From NCBI GenBank assembly GCA_030704615.1, contig CM060731.1, forward strand, positions 12,648,001 through 12,712,000: a stretch of DNA of 64,000 bases, given 5' to 3'. Positions 56,165 through 64,000 of the stretch are shown here, piece by piece. Below the pieces are notes generated by a model. That model made no database searches. It saw only the letters and a program-made list of their open reading frames with translations, and had not been told where the DNA came from. The stretch is from Takakia lepidozioides (Eukaryota; Plantae; Bryophyta). Both the position numbers and the translations under genes were made by a program. Position 1 is the stretch's first letter. Every line of letters starts with the position of its first letter.

Positions 56165-56560
56165 GGGAATCTTGCCTAAATAGAATCAAGACGAGCGTTG
56201 AGGCCTACAATTGCAGCATCCAACATTGTGCAATTACAAATGCTTGTTTCACTTTTACAATTACGAAGACAACAAAATATCCTCACAAAGTGTGCGCCAT
56301 AAAGGCTGCCACGAGAAGACTTCCTCCCTCCTCAAATAACAATGAGAGTTATGATCATCTTCAAAAGATGATTGTAGTGCATAGCGACAGCAAGACATGT
56401 AGACTTCGAACGGTGCAATGACAAATGTGCACTACCTAAAAGTTGTCACTCAGAGCTCACTCCGTATAGTTGGAGGCCATATCATTGCACAGCCGACGAA
56501 TTGATGTGAATTACACATTTCAAATCATGGTCATCCACATACCACATTACATAGTTCATG

Positions 56561-59500
56561 CTACCCATGTGTTGTATCCCGCTGCAAAAGAGTATCGACC
56601 TCGTTGAAACTCATAGTGGCCTGGTGAATGAAGTTGTCACGTTTGGGATCGCAAACCATCCTCCTCAAAAATATGAAATACAAATGTTTGCAGGGTATGA
56701 ATTTACCTCTCTTGCCCAAACTGGTTGATAGCATATTCACAAAATCAGGACATGTGCAATTGGGGAAATTGGAAACCGTGATGTCGTAGGTCCTGTCATG
56801 AACAGCAGATGTGGAAGTGATGATTGTGAATACCCGACCATATCCTGGATCGGGTACTTCCGTGGTGCTTCCGACACGAGCTTGGAGCATTCTTGCGGAC
56901 TCCACTTTGCCAAGTGTTCAGCGGTTGGAGGGAAACGCCGAACGAGCTTTCCATCTCGTTTGGTTGGCCACAAGTCAGGATTTGCCGGGGGACCCGGAGG
57001 ACGCAGAAGTAGTAGCACATGCATGGAGTTGGGGTTGTCTCGCAAGGGAAAAACCTGCCTCCTCCAGCATTTCAATCTCCTGAAAGCTGAGATGTGTTCC
57101 CACCTTCACGGGCCAAACGGTTGGAGGAGATGGCTTCATCACTACGGAAGGACGCACAGTTCCATGCACACATCTGGCACAATCATCTGCGCAGAACCAG
57201 AACTTGTGGTTCTTGGCTTCTGGTTGACCGTATGGACGCATCAAGCCCGTGAAAGTCGGAGCAGGAGTTCGGGCACCACCTCTGGATATAGATGAAGTGC
57301 ACTTCTCGAAATTAGTTGCCCTGATCGCTGTACATTTCACACGAGACCCGACACTTGTGCGTTCTATGTGCCAAACGTGGTCGGGGCATGCGGACTCAAG
57401 CACATCAAGGGGGTTGTTTCTCTCCTGCACCATTTCAGTGGCACGGTTTGATGCTGGAGCTTGCCGTCGTGTTGGAGGTTCCTCCACAATGGAGGTTCCG
57501 GACATGGAGCTGTCATGCAGGGGAACACGAGGCTTCGAGAAGTTATCACGGTCTGCCCTGTGGGAATCTGAATCCGAACCAGGTGGAGTGTTCAATTTCC
57601 TCTTACAGGAGCCGAATCTCTCCTCCCCTTCAAGATGTGGAACTCTAGAAACAAGTGGCGTTCCCTGGGCATACATGCTCACCGCCCGTGCTATCTTGAT
57701 TGGATCCCCAGATCTGTTTGCAGCACGCAACATCAACTCCCATTTGTCCGGACCCTTGCCACCAACCCCACCTCGTAAGAAATCACGGTATCGAGTCAAA
57801 AATATGGAAAGCAAATGTATGAATAAAGCATGAAATAGAAGCCTCGTACCATTGTCATGGCTGCTCCCCACTGTCTATACCGGAAATGCCAAAACGCCAG
57901 CCAATCTTCCAATGCTCTCATACTCTCAAGTGATGCAGCTCCAGAAGAGAACCACCAGGCACGAATTGTCTGGAACAAAGTGTCCGCCTCCTTCATTGTT
58001 CTAGCATCTTTGTACTCTTTGCACAATTTACGGTGCTGAGTCTGCATCTCTGGTTTGATGTCCGACTTTGTATGTTTTTCCAGAGATTGTGTCCAATGGA
58101 ATAGACATGTACGCTCTCTTCCTGGCATAGGCACTTTTGGGTCGCCCGATCCGAAGACAATACGAATAGCATTGAAATTTGCTTGAGCACTATCCGCCAT
58201 GAAACCTGCGAAATTTGGAGATGGCAGCCCATGGCAGCCCATGACACGTATCAGGGAATTCCACATGAGCTTCTGGGATTCCGTATCCTCGGATTGCATG
58301 TCACAAACTGCAATTGTCATAACTCGTTGGTACACTGGATCGTAGACATGACAAGCCATTGTCGTCCAATCCTTCACTCGTTTCACATGATCAAACATAA
58401 GAAAACAGTTCTGCAAGTCCCCAGTCTTCTGCATCCGCTTCACGAGGCTAACCCCACTGCCCTCCCCAACAGTCGACATTTTGAAAAGAAAAACTTTGAT
58501 GGCACCTTGACCTGGGAATACATTGTCCTGGATGTAATCGTACTTGCTCACTCGTTTCAATTCCAAAATATTGTCTATGTAGCCTCTGATCCCAGAGCCC
58601 ATTCTCAATGCATTGATCTGATGCCGAATGTTAGGTGAACTTAAAGTGGAGAAATGATCCATGACCAGGTCCAATGCTGCACCGTCAAGTTTAGTCCCCA
58701 CAGAATCTCCTTCACTCAAAATATGGCTTTCCAAGAAGGACTTGCTTGCGCCAAGAGCAATTGCAGATGTTGTTGCGGATGGGTTTCTCCCAAAACTCCT
58801 GTTTGATCAACCTCGATACTGTCTCAACACTCTCCCTGTAATCCCCCTTCGAGACAGGATGGTTATGGAATCCAAAATGCACACAAGCTCTCGTCATTGT
58901 ATTCAAACGGTGGACAACATAGTACATTCTTGCTCCGCAGAGCGCCAAACAGGATGGCACAAGTTTGCAGAATTTGCAGACGAAAGTGTTTGCCGGTGGA
59001 GGGGCAGTCCCAGGCTGAAATGGATTTCCGCCAGACCCTCCCATTCGCTTTGATTATGAACCCCAGACTGAAGAAAGTGTCTGCAATTCAAATTATCACA
59101 CCTAAGGTGTCCATTGCAAACTGTCCTCCTGAAAACAAGCTTGTCATCATTCTGAATATTGGATGTTTTTGTTCTGCACCACGGGTGCCCGTCGTGTTTC
59201 TTGTCCATTCCATGCATCATGATTGTTACACCTCAACTCGCGGAGGAGGAGGCAGCTCGAATAGGATATCGCCATCAAAAGTCTCCGGCAAGAACTTCAC
59301 AGGCACCTGCTTCAAAGATTCCCAATCAATTCCCCGCAACTCACTTTTGAATCCAGCCATTCCTCCCATCGCCCGCAATTTTGGAATGACACTACAAATC
59401 TCTTCTTCATCAGCTTCTGCAACCACAGTAGGAAGGACTGGATTTGGAATTTCACTTATGTCATCATCGGAAGAATCCGAAAGCTCAACGATTGGAGTGG

Positions 59501-59861
59501 AGGAAGTCTGTTCTTTTTTCACCACCACCTCCCTCTTGTCTTCAACGACCGAAGCAGCAGTCCCGGGCGTCACATATGACCCAAGGGACTTTCGCCGAGG
59601 CTCTCCAAGTACTCTGTATCGACCAGGACGCACTCTCCACTGGCTGATATGAGCCGTCTCATCACGGTTTTGGAAAGAATATTTCACCAACTTCCCTTTC
59701 AGATCGTAAACCTCTTTCTCCAAAAAGATGGAGCCATTCTGCAGCTGAAAACGGGTAGCCAAGACATGTTCCAGAACAATTGCAAATCCATTGTCAAGGA
59801 CTTCCTGGGAGAACGGCACTGGTTTGTCGTCTGAGAAGAACTCCGCTTCAGAGGAAGCCAT
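56561..59861 (-). mobile_element. Mutator-like (MULE) transposase gene: GCM/WRKY-like Zn finger, DDE core, SWIM finger; frameshifted
   Basis: DGHPW..TSN..VCNGHLRC..C..CKFC..C..HFGFHNHP; FDHVKR..FMADSAQA..CLFHW; CTCPDF..CKHLY. There may be an extra 5' exon near 60157. Confidence 0.8.
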
Positions 59862-60714
59862 CTTCCTTCCTCGAGTATGTTTGTACCTTGCTATCGCAGA
59901 TCTAGTGTAAATCGGTTTTACTGCTGTCTCCAGAACACAGTTGAAGAATGAGCAGAGAATATGGCGGAGGAAGCTCAGATAACGACTGTGCATATTATGT
60001 TATTCTTTCCAGATATGCAGCCGTCCATTTTAATTACTTTTCTTGTGGGCCCAGTGGTCAGAGTATCCCTAGGGGCAGTGTCGGCAACTGTTAAACCGTT
60101 AATCAGAACCTCATCAATAAACCCAATAACAAAGCCGACTTCCTGGAAGCATGCCACAGGATCTGAGAATGGGATTGCAGATTAAGTAAATGTATCTATA
60201 TACTACTACCAATGATCATGCGCACCTGGAAAGTTCCAAATGTGAAACGAATGTGGGGTTTGGCTAACAAGGATGACCGTGTATGATATTCCAAAATTTG
60301 TCATCAAACTCTCGTTCATTTATATTTATTTGTTTAAGACTGCGCATCAATTTCTGGGATTCGCTGTTATTTTTAAATATTGAACCCGTTCTAATAAGAA
60401 CACGCCGTTTTTTTTGGGCGGCACACGTCAGACATCCATAACTGAATACGAACAGCTGTACACCAATTGCTGGCATGTGCACTAATAAGGAAACGACTAT
60501 GTGTAACGGTCACGCGGGAGGGAATCCGATGCTTCTAGAGACACGCAAGAACGCAGGCAATCCCGCAAGAAATCGGGAGTCACTGCGTTTTTCTCTTTTC
60601 GCGCTTAGAGGGAGAGTGGTAGTCAAGCTGGAGAGGGTTCCTTCTAGAATACGAAAGAGAAGAAAGTCTCTTTATTTTACTTCCCTTAGAGAGAGACGCA
60701 GAGCAAGAGAGAAA

Positions 60715-63208
60715 ATGACGAGGCGTCGTTTGTTGGAGAACACAGGGCCAAGGCAGCAGGTGAACGCGGAGACTGATTCACAAGAGCAGACGGAGACTGA
60801 GGCAGCGGCTGCGACACAGTCGGCGATAAGAGTGCGCCAGCCTGTGGAGGCAGAGATGATTCGCAGGGACACTGAAGAAGGTGGAAGCACGCGGAACGCC
60901 GAACCTGGAGAAGGTCAAGAAACCCTTGCGCAGACAGAAACTCCAGCAGATGTGAGAGGGAAGAGGAAAGCTGCAGAAGGGGATCAAATTTCAAAACCTA
61001 AGAAGGTGCCAGTAAGTTTTATCATATAGTCTGTCTGATTGCCTTTCAAGGAGTCCTTCCTCTTCCCTTCTTTAGCAGGAACTACTGAATTGCGAGCGTC
61101 GTTAACGCCATTCGATTCTCCTCATGAGATTTATGTACCTATGTGTTTGAAGAGAGAGTCTGCACTTACTATTCTCCCTAAACTACACTGAATGTCGTTG
61201 CCGCCAATCAGTTGCACATGTATGTCATTACACAACACCGATCCGGCAGGTCGTTATCTTTTGTGATTGTCGTTAACGCCGTTCGATCGGCTTTTGTTTT
61301 GAATACGGCAGTCTCAGCTTTGCATGTGTAGATTGTGCTGAATTCTTTCACACCATTCATGGTGAGTTTCCTTGATACAGAGTGATGGTCGTTACCGCCA
61401 TTCACTATTTGCAAATCACTCAGTCAGAACTGAATGGCATCGTGCAGAAAACTGTGAGGTCGAAGCCTACAGGATCAGAGGGGAAAGGATCTGGAGATGG
61501 GGACGAGTCCGCAAAAAGCTCAGAGAATACAGATGAAGCAGATGAATCCGAAGTGCACTACCTTGACAAGGTGAAAGAACTCATGTCATTCCAGAAGGTA
61601 AACTCTCAGGAGGTTATAAGGGACATGCTCGTATCTGGAGGGCGTCTGGACATACCTCTGTGCCGGATGATATCAATGCCTGTTGTGCGTCCACCTCTTT
61701 CCCATGACATAACAAAATTGGAGAGTGATTTTGTGCATGGATATAGACTTGGTGCACAAGTTTTTTATGTGTCACTGACGGATATAAATGGGAAAAGCAC
61801 ATTAGTGTCTCCAGAGATCAGTGATAACTGGGATGAGTGCTGGAAAGATGCCAATGAGGAGTTCGAGCTGGGCCTCATGATGGGAAAGAACACCCAGCAA
61901 TTCTGCAACCACATGTTCTACGTCTGGGACGGCAACCACCGATTGCTGGCATGGATGGGATACATTCAGAAACACCATTCGAAAGACAAAGACAAGCATG
62001 TTGCTGTGGAGGCAATGGTTTTTGGATCCAGGAAACGACATCGCTAGGCTTCTTACAGCTATGCACGACGTGAACAAGTAAGTCATCCAGGAGATTTCAT
62101 TCCCTCTGTAGTGTCTTGTTAATCCTCAAAAAACAGTGTTAAGGAATGCAATGTTTCCAATGTTTTTGCAGATCGACAGAGAAATCGCATGTGACAACAA
62201 GCTTGGTTCACACACTATTCCGAATTCAGAGGATTGGTCTGATGAAGCTGGATGATTTTCGGACAGTACTACCACCCAATATCATCAAGAAGTGCGAAAC
62301 AGGAAGAGCTGCAGGCACTTGGTATTCTTTGACACGAGAGGCGTTTTCTGGAGTACATGTATGCGGTAAGCCCGAGTCTGTAATCTGTTTACTTTTCGAA
62401 TACATGTTTGTAGTCCCTTCGGAGCTAATCACTACTTGAATGAATGCAGCAAGAACTGGCAGAGGCAGCTGAGAAGGGAAAATCCGAATATTACCGCACT
62501 ACACCAGAAGAACTAAGGACATCAAAGGGTGTGGAAGCTGCAATAAAGAAGGAGTTTGAAATGTGAAGAACCAAATTGATGTCAGCCTTCGGAAAGCAGC
62601 TTAGAATAGTAGATCCTGGACTTGGTCCTGAGTTCCTTCAGCAGATCAAAACACACTATGACAAGCATGTGCATTCGGAGATGCAGCAGGAGAAATTGCA
62701 CCGGCTGGCCATATCGATGGTCGACCCACAAACAAAAATAAGGTGGCTGGAGATATGGAACTCAGATCAAACAGTAAAGGACTTGAATCAGTTCCCAAAG
62801 AGCACCATACAGCCTGGCACAAAGGTGGAAGGAATCAGTGATTTGGTGTTTGATAACTGGCTCCACAAGGCTACATTTTGGAGTCAGGTGTGTATTCGAA
62901 CATGCTGTTTCTTCTCTTCTTCAAGTATGTGATGTGTATCTTTTTTTGCAATTCTGACAAATATACTATTTGCAGCTCGAAAAGCGCGCCGTCATTGTGC
63001 TGGATCAACTTGAAGGACCTGAACATTGCGATTGTTTCCCCTCCCCAAATGTCATTGGAGGCATACATAAGGAAGTGGAGAGGTCTCACCTGGAGATACT
63101 GTTTTTCCTTTTTTCCGGGAGTTCTCCAAAGATGGTAACATTTTACGGTCCAACGATTTTGACAGTCAGGTTGGAGGAGAGTGGGCCATGATGCGAGTTG
63201 TGTACAGG
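60715..63208 (+). CDS. Spliced gene encoding a ParB/Sulfiredoxin-fold domain protein; exons ~60715-61011, ~61424-62077, 62173-62365, 62450-62887, 62976-~63208; 1-bp frameshifts; may continue past the window
   Basis: IPLCRM..VVRP..DITKLESDF..FYVWDGNHRLLAW resembles ParB box I and the DGxHR motif. Clear GTAAG donors and TGCAG acceptors. Confidence 0.65.
61094..61403. repeat. Four degenerate copies of a 20-bp palindrome in intron 1 of the ParB-like gene
   Basis: GAGCGTCGTTAACGCCATTC (61094), GAATGTCGTTGCCGCCAATC (61190), GATTGTCGTTAACGCCGTTC (61265), GATGGTCGTTACCGCCATTC (61384). Confidence 0.75.
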
Positions 63209-63285
63209 TGCAATGTCATACTTGAAACTCTACTGTTTTTTTGGGAAAATGTGGCTTCATATGGATTGCAATCTTAGATCAGATT

Positions 63286-64000
63286 GAATGTCGTTGACGA
63301 CATTCACTTCTTTGTCTAAAGTCATTCTTAAGCGAGTTATGAATTCACCTGGTTAGGATCTAAGGGTGCAATTATATTGTCCCTGATTAGAATTGATATG
63401 TCCTTGAAATGGCGTTGACGATATTGTCACATACGGAGTTGTTGAGAGGTCCTCAGAGTTATTTAAATTTTTGTAATGTCCATAGAGGTTACAGTGAGGG
63501 TTCCTCACTTCATTTTGCTGAATGTCAATGCAGACATTCAGTTGTTCTGCATTGTTTTTGCCTCTTGCGATGAATGTGGAGGCTTGATAAGCTCTGTTTT
63601 AAGAAATCCAAAGTGAATGTCGTTGACGACATTCACAGCTGTGTCTGTATTATTCAACAGCGACAAATTCAATTTACATGGATTGGGGAGCTAAGTAATT
63701 GGTTTCTTTTTGTATTTTTGTGAATGGCGTTGACGCCATTCACATACAGTGATGTTGTGAGGTCCTCAGTGATAGGTTCGTTATGAATGTGCATTGAGTT
63801 TGCCTGGAGGTTCCTTACTCAATTTTTTGATTTCCATCCTGTGATTTTGCTTCATTTAAGTAATAATTTGGCTTCATTAGTGAATGTCGTTGACGACATT
63901 CACTTCTATGTCTGTGTCATTTCTAAACGATAATTTGCATTCACCTGGATTAGGGTGTATTTACAGTGTCATTGAATGGAATGTTCTGAATGGCGTTGAC
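63286..64000. repeat. Array of 20-26-bp palindromes GAATG(T/G)CGT-TG-ACG(A/C)CATTC in diverged ~270-330-bp tandem units
   Basis: Copies at 63286, 63407, 63520, 63615, 63722, 63882 and 63988 (cut by the window end). Confidence 0.9.

Noticed and set aside
60715-63208. Bacterial contamination or recent HGT of parB
   Set aside because: The gene has spliceosomal introns and is contiguous with plant TEs; no parA or operon structure.
63286-64000. CRISPR array (palindromic repeats with spacers)
   Set aside because: Spacers are 75-140 bp, irregular and homologous to each other. No cas genes, and the context is eukaryotic and intronic.

Overview
Gene-dense eukaryotic nuclear DNA from a land plant, most likely a seed-free lineage (inferred from the very regular PLS-DYW PPR gene, the Dpy-30-motif paralogues and the TE types). 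1-26.4 kb holds five spliced genes: MED28 (+), a Dpy-30-motif gene (-), cytosolic TPI (+), GINT1 (-) and APC4 (-). Their introns contain a TTAA/CCCT piggyBac-like MITE and a cluster of LINE 3' ends sitting in a (CT)n microsatellite. 26.6-31.3 kb is TE debris: two Helitron 3' halves forming a large inverted repeat, and L1 fragments. 32-47 kb contains a ~3.1-3.4 kb direct duplication (one Dpy-30 pseudogene, one intact copy) flanking a chloroplast two-RRM RNA-binding protein gene, followed by a PLS-E-DYW RNA-editing PPR gene. 47.5-64 kb is TE-rich: an unknown coiled-coil ORF, a truncated MDR oxidoreductase and a Sola-like fragment. The most striking part is the end of the window. A Mutator-like transposase (GCM/WRKY-like Zn finger, DDE core, SWIM) lies head-to-head with a spliced ParB/Sulfiredoxin-fold (DGNHR) gene. 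That gene's non-coding segments carry at least 11 copies of a conserved ~20-bp palindrome (GAATGTCGT-TG-ACGACATTC), suggesting a parB/parS-like module on a plant transposon. All calls are by eye; no database searches were run.
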